64,000 bases of DNA from contig NC_086097.1 of assembly GCF_963921235.1 (NCBI RefSeq), forward strand, positions 199,022,001 through 199,086,000, read 5' to 3'. Positions 38,549-52,419 of this stretch are shown piece by piece. The first letter of the stretch is position 1. Every line of letters begins with the position of its first letter. Both the position numbers and the translations under genes were made by a program. The stretch comes from Mobula hypostoma (lineage: Eukaryota). Below the pieces are notes generated by a model. That model was given only the letters and a program-made list of their open reading frames with translations, was not told the DNA's origin and ran no database searches.

Positions 38549-41500
38549 TGTACTGTATTTAATACTTCAGCAATATTTAAGAAATATTGTAACTATACTG
38601 TTTGATTAAGCATTCTTTATTTGTTTACATAATTCATTACGGGTTGTATGAAAGAATTATGTGAATGGTATAAGTTATTACACCTCCATAACATATGTGT
38701 GTACCTCACAAAATGAATTTGAATGGCATTTCAAAGGTATTAAATTGAAGCCTGCAGATATCCAACTTGGAACTTAGACTGAAGAAAAGATAACTCCCAT
38801 GGGAATGACATTTGTTGCAGTGAAATACAGCAACCAACAGGGCACGTTAAGCTTGTATGCGGTAAAAACAGGAGGGCAGCATTGTGAGGCTGTGATTAGC
38901 TGAGACATCTACAACTTGATTAGAGATCCATCCGCCATTGGCATGCCACATCCCCTGCAATGGAGTCAACTGAAAGTGAATAACTAAAGGTACTGAATGA
39001 TGCCACAGCAGTGTTCAAGTATGGCATGGGAAAACTCAGACATATCAAGGGTACAATAGTTTAAATGAAAATGCTATGCCTAAGTTTTAAAAAGGCTATT
39101 CAGTTTCATATACCATTCTTGATAAAGTTGCCAGTGAGCTAGATCGCATGGAAACTGAAGGAATTCTTTCCAATGTTGAGTGGAGCTTATGGGCAATAGA
39201 AGTGGTCCCAGTGGCCAAGAAGGATGGGTCTTTCAGGATCTGTGGTGATCTCAATGTCAGCATCAAGCCAGTACTGAAAATAGATCAATACCCTCTGTCC
39301 AGGATGGATGATATCTTTGCAAACCTTTCTGGAGGGAAAACTTCAGCAAAGTGGACTTAGCTGAGGCCATCTGCAGATGGAGATGGAAATAGAGTCCAAA
39401 GTGCTTCTCACCATGAACAATTCGCAAAGGTCTTTATCGCTATAAGAGGCTTATTTTTGGAGTAGCATCAGTACCTGGCAGAAAGCTATGGAGCAGGTGC
39501 TGCGAGGTTGCCCTGGCACTCAGTGTTACCTGGATGACATCGTTATTGCCAATAAGGATAAAAAGGAACATCTACAAAATTTCAAGACAGTGTTAAAAAG
39601 ATTAGAAGATTATGGGCTCAGACTATGATTCAACAAGTATGCTTTAAACCAAGCGTCCCTTACTGTGGTCACAGCACTGCCACACAAGGTATTTCACAAG
39701 TATACTGAGAAAATTCAAGAAAATGGTGGATGCCCCAAGGCCAAAGGGGGTGTCAGAGTTCCAGTCCTTTTTAGGATTTGTCAATTACTCTAACAGGTTC
39801 CTGCCAAACATGGTTACTGTACTGTACCCCTTGAACTCATTACTACAGGTTGGGAAGAAATGGCAATATGGGCAAAGCAGTGTGAGGTGGCTTCCCAAAA
39901 GCCGAAAGAAATTGTGACAGTGGACACTGTACTCACACGTTATGATCTACAATGTGTAGTGAAGTTGGCCTATGTTACTTCACCTTATGGTAGAGGTGCA
40001 GAAATGTCACATGTTATGAGTGATGGAAAGCCTCATAGCCTTTTCATCACTTTCTCTTACCGCTACAGAGAGAAATCATGCACAGATCGACAGAGAGGCC
40101 TTGAGTCTGCTTTGGGCTGTAAAGCCTTTCAACCAGTACCTGCATGGGAGAGAGTTTGCCCTCATTATTGATCATCAACTACTGGCGTCCATTTTCAATC
40201 CACAGAAAGGATGTTCTACTAACAGCAGCAGCACGAATGCAGAGATGGGCTCTGTTTCTTGCAGGACACTATTACAGGATTGAATTCAAGAGGGCAATTA
40301 ATCATGGAAATTCTGTGGATTGTCCCCTTTATCCTCGGAAAAGGAATTAAGTGGAAACTTTTCAAAAGAGGACACTACTCTAAGTATTCTCCCAAATTTA
40401 AAATCTCCCTATTAAGGCAAAGATGATCCGAAAGGAAACCAGAAGAGATATCGCACTCTCTCAGGTCTATATGGCCACTCACAATGGCTGGAATGTGTAG
40501 CAGAAATTCCAGTTCCCTTATTTTTATCAGCACCAGGATGAGCTTGCCCTTGGTGGGAAGTTCCCTTATGTGGGGATCGAGAGTTTTGTTTGTTTCAAGC
40601 TGAGAGCTAAAGTGTTGGAGGAGCTACATGGCGATCATTTTGACTATGCCTAGATGAAAGTGTTGGCTCAAAACTTTGTCTGGTGGCCTGGGATAGATCA
40701 GCAGATCGACCAGCTTGCCATGCACTATTAAAGACAACACCATGTCCAGAAGATACCAAGAGTAGCGGCTCTCCATCTCTGGGAAAGGACTGCATTGCCC
40801 AGGCCAAGGATTCATATGGATTTTGCTGGACCATTCACGGGTACAAATTTCTTGGTAGTTGTGGGTGCAGCCATTAGTGGGCCAGAAGTGTTCTCAATAG
40901 CCACCACTACAGCTTTGCGTACTGTTGACGTGTTGAGAAGCCTTTTCACAAGGACTGGTGCTCCAAAACAATTAGTCAGTGACAGTGGACCACAGATTGT
41001 TGTGGAACAGTTTCAGTCATTCCTGAAAATGAATGGAATAGGATATATTACATCTGCATCGTACCACCTAGCTACAAAAGACTTGGCAGAAAGGTTTGCC
41101 CAGAGTCCACAGAACGCACTGTAAGCAAATTCAGCAGAACACACTACACTAACATTGAATCAGAAGCTCGCCAACTTCCTCCTTGCATGTCACAATGCAG
41201 CACACTCCACACCCAACAACTCACCAGCTATGCTGTTCCTGGGTCATCCCTTGCGCTCAGGCTTGGATTTCCTCAAACCCAATTTCAGAAGGAGTATGCA
41301 GGACAAACAGCAGAGACAAATTGAGGGCTCCTCAAACAAGGAGGGTTGTTGTTTCACTCCGGGACAAGAAGTCCCGGCGAGGGATACAGAGATGTTCAAA
41401 GGAGGGTACTTGGAAAGGTTAAGGACAGAACTGGACCGCTCCCTCCACAGTGGAGATTGCTTCTGATGTCATCTGAAGATGACACATTGATCAGTTGAGG

Positions 41501-41810
41501 AGAGCAGAGTCAATTGTTAGGGAAGAAAGGTGTCCAGAGCTGTCAGTCTCAGAGTCAACTCCAACGACCATGATGGAGCAGGCCCCAAAAACCTGAGATT
41601 GTTTCACAACCACAAGTCTCACCTGCCAAGCTCAGTAACCCCACCTCATTAAGGGCTATACGGAAGAATTATGAGAGTGGTATACGTCACAACACCACCG
41701 CATCACAAGTGAGCGCCTCACTAAAGACAAGGGCAGTAAAACTAAGGGACATATTTCCCACCTCATGTTTTTTTTCTTTTGAGTAATTTCTAGATTTCCA
41801 AAACATAACA
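38549..41810 (+). mobile_element. Decayed Ty3/Gypsy LTR retrotransposon (pol remnants, both LTRs partly deleted)
   Basis: Order RT (VVPVAKKDGSFRICGD, YLDD), RNase H (AQIDREAL), integrase (RIHMDFAGPF, VSDSGPQ). TG...CA ends; flanks GATAT/GATAC. 38634-38712 resembles 41646-41725. Confidence 0.88.
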
Positions 41811-42329
41811 GATACAAGTCCAGAATTGAAGAGTAAAGATCTCCACGTTGTAGGGCAGGAGGAGATTATCAGGTTAGAAGGGAGAAAGTCATGAGGAATT
41901 TGAATATTGGGGTGATAAGTTTAACTTCAAGATATTATCAGATTAGATATCGTGCAGGCATGTGGCACAGGGCAATGAATGACCTGGCCTTGGTCTATGT
42001 TAGAACACTGACAGCAGAGTTTTGGAACAGCTGAATTTTATGCTGTATGGAAGACGAGAGAACAACCATAACCCCATGAGGTAATACCTAAAAAAAAAAG
42101 CCTAAAATTGCAGTGGCAGACATTTAAAGAGATTTTTCATCTATATCAACAAAGGTACATACTAGTGAAAAAGAAGGAAGGTCAGAAGGAAGCATCTTCT
42201 GTGGCTAACTAAAGAAGATAAGGATGGTAATGAATTGAAGGAAAAGCATGCAGTGAACTCAGCCCAATTTTAGAAATCAGGCAGAAAGATGACTAAGAAA
42301 AAAAATGAAGAGGGAGGTGGAAAGGGCAT

Positions 42330-45300
42330 GTTATAAGGGTAATGACACAATTGTAATGGGGAACTTGAATATGCAAGGGGATTGGAAAAATCAGGCTGCT
42401 GTTGGATCGAAAAAGAGGAAATTTGTTGAATGCCAATGAGATGGCTTTTTAGATCAGCTTGTGCTTGAGCCTACTCGGGGAAAGGCTATCTTAGATTGGG
42501 AGTTGTGTGATAACCCAGATTTTATTAGTCAGCTTAACATAAAGGAACCCTCAGAAGATAGTGATCATAATATAATTGAATTCATACTGCATTTTGAGAG
42601 GGAGAAGCACAAGTCAAATATATCAGTATCGCAATGGAATAAAGGCAATTACAGAGGCATGAACTTGCCCAGGTGGGCTGGAGGGGGGATACTGGCAGGA
42701 ATGACGGCAGAACAGAGGAGGCTGAAGTTTCTGGGCATAGTTCACAATGTGCAGGACAGCTAAGTCCCACAGAATAAGAAGTTCTCAAATGGTACAGGTA
42801 GATAACTGTGGCTGACTAGGGAAGTTAAGGACTCCATAAAAGCCAGGGCAAGGGCATATAAGGTAGCAAAAGTGAGTGGGAATTTGGATGATTGGGAAGC
42901 TTTTAAAATCCAACGAAAGGCAATTAAAAATGTTATAAAGAGGGGAAGATGAAATATGAGGGCAAACGAGTAGCTAATATAAAGCAGGATACTAGAAATT
43001 TTTCGGTTATATAAAGAATAAAAGGGAGGCGAGAATTGATATTGGACCACTGGAAAATGATGTAGGTGAGGCAGTAATGGGGGACAAAGGAATGGCAGAT
43101 GAACTTAATAAGTACTTTGCTTCAGTCTTTACTGTGGAAGACATTAGCTGTATGCCAGAGGTCCGTGAGTACCAGGGAGCGGGAGTGAGTGCCGTTGCTA
43201 TTGCAAAGGAAAAAGTGCTAGGCAAACTCAAATATATTAAGGTGGATAAGTCACGTGGACCAGATGGATGACATTCCAGGGTCCTGAGAGAGGTTGCTGA
43301 AGGGATAACGGATGCATTGGTCATGATATTTCAAGAATCACTTGATTCAGGTATGGTCCCGGAGGACTGGAAAATTGCAAATGTCACTCCACTCTTTAAG
43401 AAGGGAGGAAGACAGAAGAGTGAAAGTTATAGGCCAGTTAGCCTAAGCTCAGTGGTTGGGAGAGTTTTGGAGTCTATTATTAAGGATGAGGTTTCGGGGC
43501 ACTTGGGAGATTAATGATAAAATGAGTCAAAGTCAGCATGGTTACTGTAAAGGGAAATCTTGCCACAAAAAATCTATTAGAATTCTTCGAGGAAGTAACA
43601 AGCAGGGTGGACAACGGAAAGGCAGTGGATGTCATTTACTTAGATTTTCAGAAGGCATTTGATAAGGTGTCTCAGATGAGATTGCTTAAGATGATAAAAT
43701 CCTCTGGTGTTACAAAAAAGATACTGGCATGGATAGAGAAATAGCTGACAGGTAGTAGGCAGTGAATGGTAATAAAGGGGGCATTTTCTGGGTTGGCTGC
43801 TGGTGACTAGTGGTGTTTGTTAGGGGTCAGTATTAATGCCACTACTTTTCACATTGTCAATGATTTAGATAGTGGAATTGATGGTTTTGTGGCAAAGTTT
43901 GCAGATAATACAAAGATACATGGAGGGATAGATAGTGCTGAGGAAGCAATGCGATTGGAGAAGGACTTAGACAAATTGGAAGAATGGGCAAAAAAGTGGC
44001 AGATGGAATGCAGTGTTGGGAATTGTATGATAATGAGAGAATGAGAGATAATTGTATAATAATTAGAGAAGAGAAGATGGTGGCGCGACACAGCGTTCAG
44101 CGGCCACTCGAAATGAATATCTGTTATTTGTTAATTAGGATGCCGTGCACAATCCTGATTTGATGGGGACAGACGTGAGAAGCACAGAGGAACATCTGGA
44201 GAAACTTCTGAAATGCCTGCTTCACTGCCGCTGTTATTGTGCGATCCAGAATCTCTGGAGGGGAAGGCCCCAGATCCTTAGCTTTGCCTGTTGCTTGGCG
44301 GCCGGGGCTGGGGTCAAAGCGCTCGGCAGAGATGGTGCTCGGTGTCGGAGGGCTGGTCGGAGGCTCAAAGTTTTTGGACGGACTCAGAGTTGGCTGTGGT
44401 CAGGTGCTTCCAGGGTGCTGCATCGGCAAGTTTGCGGCACTGGAGGTTCATGGCAGGGAGAGTTTTTCTTCCTTCTACTGTCTGTGTGAGATGATGAGGC
44501 TATCGGGACTTTGAGACTTTTTTTAACTGTGCTCATGGTCTGCTCTTTATCAAATTACGGTATTGCTTTGCACTGTTGTAACTATATGTTATAATTATGT
44601 GTTTTTTGTCAGTTTTAGTCTTGGTCTGTCTTGTGTTTCTGTGGTATCATTCTGTAGGAACATTGTATCATTTCTTAATGCATGCATTACTAAATGACAA
44701 TAAACGATGACTGAGTGTCCTCATAATCTAATCTAATGCATTTTGGTAAAAGGAACTATAGTGTAGACTATTATCTAAATGGAGAGAAGTTTCAAACATT
44801 AGAGGTGCAGAGGGATTAGGAGTCCTTGTGCAAAGCTCCTAGAAGGGTAATTTTCAGGTTGAGTCTGGTAAAAAAAAAAAGGCAAATACAATGTTGGCAT
44901 TTATTTCAGGTGGAATAGAATGTAAAAGCAAGGAGATAATGCTGGAGCTTTATAAGACACTAGTCAGGTTGTACTTGGAGTACAGTCAACGGTTTTGGGC
45001 CCCTTATCTCAGAAAGGATGTATTGTCATTGGAAAGAGTCAGAGGAGGTTCATGAGGATGATTCTTGAAATGATGTGGTTAACATACGAGGAGCATTTGG
45101 CAGCTTTAGGCCTGTACTCCACTGGAATTTAGAAGAATGCGGGGGAATCTCATTGAAACCTACTGAAAGTTGAAAAGACTAGATAAGGTAGATGTAGGGA
45201 GGATGTTTCCCCTGGTGAAGGTATCCAGAAATAGAGAGCACAGTCTCAAAATTGAGGGGCAGCCTTTTGGAACAGAAGGAGGAATTTTTTTAATCCAGAG

Positions 45301-45535
45301 GGTGGTGAATCTGTGGAATGCTCTGCCACAGACTGCGATGAAGACCAAGTGTCCATGGGTATATTTAAAGTGGAAGTTGATAGATTCCTGATTGATCGGG
45401 GAATTACTGGATATAGTGAGAGGGTAGGTGTATGGGGTTGAATAGGATCCAGGATCAGCCATGATGAAATGGCGGGGTAGACTCAATGGGCTGAATGGCC
45501 TATTTCTGCTCCTATGTCTTATGGTTTTATGGTTT
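42330..45535 (+). mobile_element. Decayed CR1 ORF2 plus tail, interrupted at about 44036-44733
   Basis: SDHNIIEF, WKIANVTPLFKKG and VAKFADNTK fragments; tcttatggttttatggt tail. Confidence 0.9.
44074..44736 (+). mobile_element. ~670-bp non-autonomous retroposon, copy 3
   Basis: Same ends as copies 1 and 2. Host CR1 motif TAATG appears on both sides and overlaps the tail. Confidence 0.85.
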
Positions 45536-45544
45536 AAGGAGAAG

Positions 45545-46320
45545 CAGGTTTTGAGAACAAACCAGCAAATAATGTAAATTCAGATAGCAAGAGCTTCTAT
45601 GGTGAAACTGAAAGGAAAGAAATAGATAAAGTGAGCAATAGTCCTTTAGAAGATGAGATTAGTGAATTAATGATGTAGAGAAGTACTAGAGACTCTAAAC
45701 AATTATATTGGGTCTGGTTACTCTGTAAGTGACTAATATATTCCACTAGTAATAGAAAAACAGGGGGTAAAGGGAAAGAGAAACTTTAAACATTGCATAT
45801 AGCCAGAGAAGGCCAACTAGAGAACAATATCCTAGGATCTTTAATGGGCTGCAGAAATGGTGGATGCATTGGATATAATCTACCAAAAATCCCAAGATCC
45901 TGAAAAGTTCCCAGGGAATCAAAGCTGCAAATATAACACCACTCTTCAAGGAAAGAAGAAATCAGAAAGCTGAAAGCTTTCGGCCGATTAACCCCCAGCT
46001 GCTACTGGAAAAATCTTGGCAAGCGTAATGAAAGCAGTATTGGAAGATAACTTAGAAATTCATTCACCAGTCAAGCAGCATCAATATGGTTCAATGAAGG
46101 TGTTGACAAATTTGCTGAACCTTCTTGAGGATGTAACAAATGGTACATATAAAGACTTGATACAATAATGGAAGAACAGTAGATAACTTGATTTTGGTTG
46201 TACACAGATTCGGCCAAGATTTTCGGAAAAAGGACAGCATATTTTGTGCCTAAGATGGCAAGCAGATGAATGTAAATTCTTATCTAAATAATGACATGGG
46301 AATGTTATAAATCGGAGGAA
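45545..46320 (+). mobile_element. Heavily decayed CR1 ORF2 fragment
   Basis: gcaaatataacaccactcttcaag (ANITPLFK) and ttgacaaatttgctg (LTNLL). Confidence 0.6.
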
Positions 46321-47141
46321 GAGTTGGTTGTACATTCTCCTCAGCCTGCTCTACTTTTCAATAAGGACATAATTGATCCTTCACCTCACGTTCACTTCCC
46401 TGCCTGATCCCAATATCCCTTAATCCTCTTAATGTTCAAAAATCTATCATTCTCCATCTGGAATGTATTCAATGACAGAGTAACCACAGCTGTTGAATTA
46501 CATTCAAGATTCTTAAAATATAATAATCTCTCAGCATTACATTGAAATCTTGGTCTGGATAATATACCCTCATCATGCATTGAAGCTTAAGCTGAACTAA
46601 CTGCTTGAAATTCATCTGTTGCAGTCTGATACAATATTGCACATATTTCCTTACTTGTTAAAATAACTTTGAATGCATATCATTATTATTTGGCATCTAC
46701 ACTTTAATTTGCATCATATCTAGAATACGTTTACTGGTCTTTCTTTTCCTAGTTCTGACTTGCCCACTCTGTGTTTTCTGTATTTCTGTAAGTTGACAAG
46801 TATCCAACTTCCTAAAGCTGGTGGGAAGCTCAGATCATATTTGATCAGACTAGCAGGAAGATTGGTCCTGTTAAAGAGCAAATAAGTACATTGAACCTGT
46901 GGTTGTGGGGTGGGGTTGCTCTTAAAAATTACCATAAGTGTATGGTCCCAATTCATATACATAAACAGCTTCACATTGTTTCTGGTGGATATGAGACTGC
47001 TGTATTGAAAACTCCATCTGAAACTTCCAATAAATAAGCTATAGATATCAATACTGCAGTCTGGACAATTTGTCATATTCTACTGCCAATTCCTGGTTTT
47101 AGAGATTTGCAGGCAGTTGGTTGTTGAATTGTTTTCCTATA

Positions 47142-47762
47142 TTATAACCATATAACAATTACAGTACGGAAACAGGCCATCTTCACCCTTCTAGTCCGTG
47201 CTGAACTCTTACTCTCACCTAGTCCCACCAACCTGCACTCAGCCCATAACCCTCCATTCCTTTCCTGTCCGTATAGCTATCCAATTTAACTTTAAATGAC
47301 AACATCGAACCTGCCTCTACCACTTCTGCTGGAAGCTCGTTCCACACAGCCACCACTCTCGGAGTAAAGAAGTTCTCCTTCATGTTACCCCTAAACTTTT
47401 GCCCTTTAACTCTCAACTCATGTCTTCTTGTTTGAATCTCCCCCACTCTCAATGGAAAAAGCCTATCCACGTCAACTCTACCTATCCCCCTCATGATTTT
47501 AAATACCTCTATCAAGTCCCCTCTCAATCTTCTATGTTCCAAAGAATAAAGACCCAACTTGTTCAACCTTTCTCTGTAACTTAGGTGATGAAACCCAGGT
47601 AACATTCTAGTAAATCTTCTCTGTACTCTCTCTATTTTGTTGACATCTTTCCTATAATTCGGTGACCAGAATTGTACACAATACTCCAAATTTGGCCTCA
47701 CCAATGCCTTGTACAATTTCAACATTACATCCCAACTCCTATACTCAATGCTCTGATTTATT
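47142..47762 (-). mobile_element. Young CR1 3' fragment (same subfamily as 59061-59651)
   Basis: Intact 168-aa C-terminal ORF2 frame; tail reads gttatatggttata on the minus strand. Confidence 0.92.
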
Positions 47763-47977
47763 CTTTATCTTCAGACGTAAATACAAACGTGGCCTCAACC
47801 GTTAGCATATACCTTTATACAGAAATCGAACATTTTCATTTCTGTTAAAGCAGTGCAATAAATTCAGCACATTGTGAATTTGACCTCTTTTAATCATCAG
47901 AATGAATTCTGTGTTACTATAAAAATGTCCAGGGCACTTAAGCATACTCAGTTTATACAGAAAGCAGCACCATTTAT

Positions 47978-48215
47978 GAACACAAGAGATTCTGCAGATG
48001 TTGAAAATCTTAAGCAAAACACACAAAATCCTGGAGGAACTCAACAGGACTGGCAGCATTTATGAAGAAGAATAAACAGTCAACATTTTGGGCTGAGACC
48101 CTTTTTCAGATGAAAGGAAGGGGGCAGAAACCAGAATAAGAAGGTGGGGGTGGGGTGGGGGGGGTAGAAGGAGGAGTATGAGCTAGTCGGTGATAGGTGA
48201 AACCAGGTGAGGGGC
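47978..48215 (-). repeat. Decayed PLE tail
   Basis: aacacaagagattctgcagatg...ctggaggaactc...acagtcaacattttgggctgagaccc. Confidence 0.7.
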
Positions 48216-48453
48216 TGTTTATGAAACATTCATGCCAGCTATCATTTTAAACAATCCATTCAATTAATAAACAACTATAACTAATTAATGAAAATGAAAC
48301 ATACCTACATGGAGACAATAGTGAGAACGTGTTTATTACATCTGGCAGAATATTATTATGGGTTTAAGAAATTTTTAATCAAGTTGTGTCAGGTTTTCCT
48401 GTTAAATTCAATTGCATACGCTATCTACTGTACACATGCTTAGCTTAACTTAC

Positions 48454-48565
48454 ATGTGCAAGCCGATCAAATCTTGCAAACAATTCATTCAGCATCCCCA
48501 CTAGTTCCTGTGCAGACAGGGTTGTAGAGAGGTTGGTAAAACCCTTCACGTCTGCAAAAAGAATG
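48454..48565 (-). CDS. adcy8: adcy8 coding exon (approx. exon 4; C1a, first metal-binding Asp), 112 bp
   Basis: (S)[37 protein letters not shown]. Acceptor tttag and donor GTAAGT. Absent from the ORF track; translated by hand. Confidence 0.95.
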
Positions 48566-49117
48566 CTAAATAAAAAATGGAAAAGATTGCATTAATACTT
48601 CTTTATTCAGCTAAGGGCACTATATTTCAACATTTAGTAGTGCCTGCTTATTGAATTCACATTTTGTTAACAGCAGGCAGCATTTCCGTTTTCTCAGAGC
48701 TTCCTTTCAAAACTGCATCTGTCTCAAAATTTGCTTTTATTCTAGAGAATTCTCTCTCAACTGGTGACAACACACAGCTGGCAGAGCTGGTAAATGGGTT
48801 TGTAGGTGTTATCATTCATTGCATAATTAAAGTGCTGAGAATAAAGACCAATAATTTCCATCCCATTGACAGGCCTACTTAACTGTTTAAGCAAGTCTGG
48901 AAAATAAGTATCAGCCAAGTCATGCAGGTTTCAATGATATATTTGGCAGATATTAAAAGAGTCTGACCACCTTTGAAACATTTTAACTCCCTTGTGGATC
49001 ATTCTTAAAGGTAAATGACCTTAAAGGTAAGTTCTGATTGTCTTACTCAATAGAAGATAACTTCTTTTGAGCAAGATTTGTTTCACCAAATACATTAAGA
49101 GCAAATAGATTTCTCAC

Positions 49118-49248
49118 CTTACATTTTCATATCGATGTATGTAGATTTTATGAAACTGGTGCTGTAAATGTTCATCTTCCACGTTTGACATGTCATTAAT
49201 CATCTCCAATACAACAAATCGTGGTAAAACTGAAAGAACCAGCCTCTC
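49118..49248 (-). CDS. adcy8: adcy8 coding exon (approx. exon 3), 131 bp
   Basis: [43 protein letters not shown](S). AAG acceptor and GTGAGA donor; frame continues from the previous exon. Confidence 0.95.
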
Positions 49249-49489
49249 CTTATTATGTAAAAAAGAACATGTGGATATCATTAGCAATACTAGGTAATAC
49301 ATTCAAGGTGGACCCTTTAAATTTGGAGGAAATGCAGTAGTTACATCTTCATTAATACACGTCACTACACTTTTCTAGAATATTAACTTTGGCTCCGAAG
49401 ATTAACTTTTTCTTGAACTTTCTTACAATAATTAAACTCTGCTTTTCTTTTGTTTAATACAAATTTAGAAACTTCATTAAATTAAAAAA

Positions 49490-51545
49490 AAACAAAGATT
49501 CTGGATATCTGAAATCAAACCAGAAACTGCTGGAAATACTCAGCAGGTCATATAGAAAATCTGTAGAGAGATTAGAGTCAAAGTGTCAGATTCTTCACAA
49601 TTGATCCAAACCTCAAAGGGTTAGAAATCAAACATGCCTTAATTACAGTGAAGAAGGGGGAATGGGGAGAACAAAGGAAATGTGTGTGATAGGATGGAGT
49701 ACCAGAGAGAATAGGTGGTAGTGATGCCAGCTGAGAGAGGGTGGTGATTCTATGTTAATTACAGTTGATCCAGCCAAATGGGATACAAATGGAAGATGAA
49801 TGGAAAAGCAGGAGAAAACTGGAACTGAGAGACAAACATTGACAATTTACTTCCTGTCTTAGCTCTTCTTTCTCCCCTTGATAAATCAATTTTATCAATC
49901 TTTTTTAAAATCAATAGCACTTCTGATGTCTTAATCCCTTTGATCATGAATATCCAATCCCTTTACACTTCCATCCTGCACCATGATTGCTTTATAATAT
50001 TTTTCTATGTTCTTAAAGAGAGGTCCAACTAATTCCCATCCCTTCTTTTGAATAGCTGAACTTATTCTCACATTGAACATCTTCTTTAACTTGCTCACTT
50101 CCTTCAACTGGTAAGAATGGCCATGGGAACAAATACCGTTCCAAACCGTGCTTATCCCTGTAGAACAGTCCTTGTTTTGGTTCTAGTCAGGTCTCCTCCC
50201 TCAATTTTTTTTGCTGCTTCCTGCTCACATATACAATTCAAATATTTCAGAGCCTTTGCTATAAATTTATGCCCCATCCTCAGTTTCACCAGCATTCAGA
50301 AAACAGATTTCACTTGGATTCCAATTCTTCCCTGCCTTTTCCCAGATTCTGTGACATTATCTCATCTGGTGGATTAGCAAACAATATCCTTTACAAACCC
50401 ACAGATGCCCTTAGCAATTATGACCAAACATCTTCTAGCTCTGCATTCCTCTGATTTTTCCAGCTCTGTGTTATTTGTTCTGATAATTACACCTTCCACA
50501 AGATAGTTTCCTACTTCATCAAGCTTAGCTTGCCCACCTCTGTAGTTGACAGGACTCTTATTTGTGTTTGCTCCGTCGTCTCTCATCCCCTTCCCTCAGA
50601 CTCAGGATACCGTTCTAATACACTCCTACCCTGTCAAAGTCCGATAGTCAAAGAAAGGACCATCCTCTGTAATTTTTTTCCAATTTCATTGTGCTGCCAT
50701 CAAAAACCACATCTTTCTTCCACCTTTAGCATTCTGAAGAATTATGATAAAAGAACAGGCCTGACCATTTGAGTAGTTCCAGCATTCTTTGATAATCCAT
50801 GAACCTCATGTGTTGTAATGCCTACTTTTATTTTTCATTTTCTTGCTACTTAAATGCATTTTTCAGGAAATCAAACCAGAATTACTTGCATTTCTTTCAA
50901 TTTAGTTTACCGTACTCGGTAGGTTCTTCTACATTGGAAAACCAAACGGAGGTTGGATACCACCTTGCACAACACGACTATTCATGTGCAAGGTGACCCT
51001 CCATTTCCTTCCCACTCTGACTGGTCTCTCTTTGCCCTCCTTCACTGTTCCAACAAAGCATAATGTAAGCTCAAAGAACAACATCTCACCTTCTGATTAG
51101 ACGTACCAAACCCCCTCTAGGCTAAACATTGAATTCAACAATTGTAAGTAAGAAACCTTGTTGGTTTTATCAGAACTGGACTTACCTGCTGAGCATTTCA
51201 AAAATTTGATTTGTTTCTAATTTCCAGCTTCTTCAGTGGTTTGTATCTCATAGTTACAGTGCCTTTCCTCTCCCCTTTTCTGTACTAATCTTGTTCCTAC
51301 ATATCTGCTGCAGGCAGGGGTGTGGTGATTAACAAGTAATCTCGACATCCCTGAGCCAGCACTACACCCCTTGTGATTGTTATTCTCCATTAGTTTCCAT
51401 CATTCCCCTTTCTCTGCAAACTGAAATATATTTCATTTCAAGGTATTATCCTTTAGAATCAAAGGTTGTTGACCTGAAGCATTATTCTTTTCTTTCTTCA
51501 CCAGTGCTGCCTGACCTGCTGAGTATGCCTATCATTTTCAGTTTG
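49490..51545 (+). mobile_element. Ancient decayed Penelope-like element with an inverted 5' tail
   Basis: Collinear with 5626-7535: atccaatccctttacacttccatcc, ggccatgggaac, tacattggaaaacc (YIG) and aacattgaattcaacaat. Tail-like sequence at both ends in opposite orientation. Confidence 0.7.
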
Positions 51546-51561
51546 CTACATAATGATTGAC

Positions 51562-52419
51562 TGTCATAAGGGAGCGTTGGGAGCGGATCCAAATGCAAGA
51601 CACAGACACTGAAGTACTAGGAACAGGACAAGGTTTATCAAGAAAGCAAGGGGAGTCAGGAAGAAACGACACTGGACATGGACACAGGCCCTGGACAAGT
51701 CAAGGACACCAGGCCTGGGCTAGGACTAAGAGCAGGAAAGCAGGACCAGGACAAGGAACTTGGAACTAGGAGCCTGGGCTAGAACTCCGAGCCAGAGACT
51801 GGACAGGGACCCAGAACCTGGGTCTTGACTCGGGCTCAGGCCCTGGATCTAGGCGAGGACCAGATATGGCTACAGGACTGGACGTGGCACTCCTGCACAG
51901 GACGAGGCACATGCACAGGATGAGAACATTAAACCTTGACTTGGACAGGATGAGGTACTTAGATGTGGCTAGGACTAGACAGGAAACTCCTGGACTGGAC
52001 GAGGGAACTCCAGCACCGGGCTGGGTGGGATACTCCTGGGAAGGACGTGGAACTCCAGGGCAGGACTTGGCTCTTGGACTCAGCTCAGTTAGGCCCTTGG
52101 GTACGGAGCTGGAACTCCTTCTTGGAGCACAGGGCCAGGATGCTTTCGCAGGGCTGGGACCCTTTCTAGGATGCAGGGCCAGGATGACTGCTGAGGACAC
52201 TTGCCAAGGTAACTGTCAGGGATTCAGAGGGGAAGGGAAGGGAACAGTCCAGCAGGCAGTCCTTGATTTGCAGAAGTATTTATGTGCCAGCCCAAAACAA
52301 GAATCAGGTGCCTCAATTAAGGCACCCAATGGAACAAGGGAAAACAGGAAAACCCGGAATAAGGATCGATGAACCGGACCGTGAACCGGAATGCGGATTT
52401 CACGGACCGGACCATGACA
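51562..52419 (-). mobile_element. Solo LTR (858 bp), Gypsy-type; orientation tentative
   Basis: TGTCAT...ATGACA ends; perfect 5-bp TSD TTGAC at 51557-51561 and 52420-52424; internal degenerate short repeats. Confidence 0.88.

Noticed and set aside
48497..48499. Gly in [10 protein letters not shown], where I recall Arg in mammalian ADCY8
   Set aside because: This position varies among adenylate cyclase paralogues and the catalytic residues are intact.
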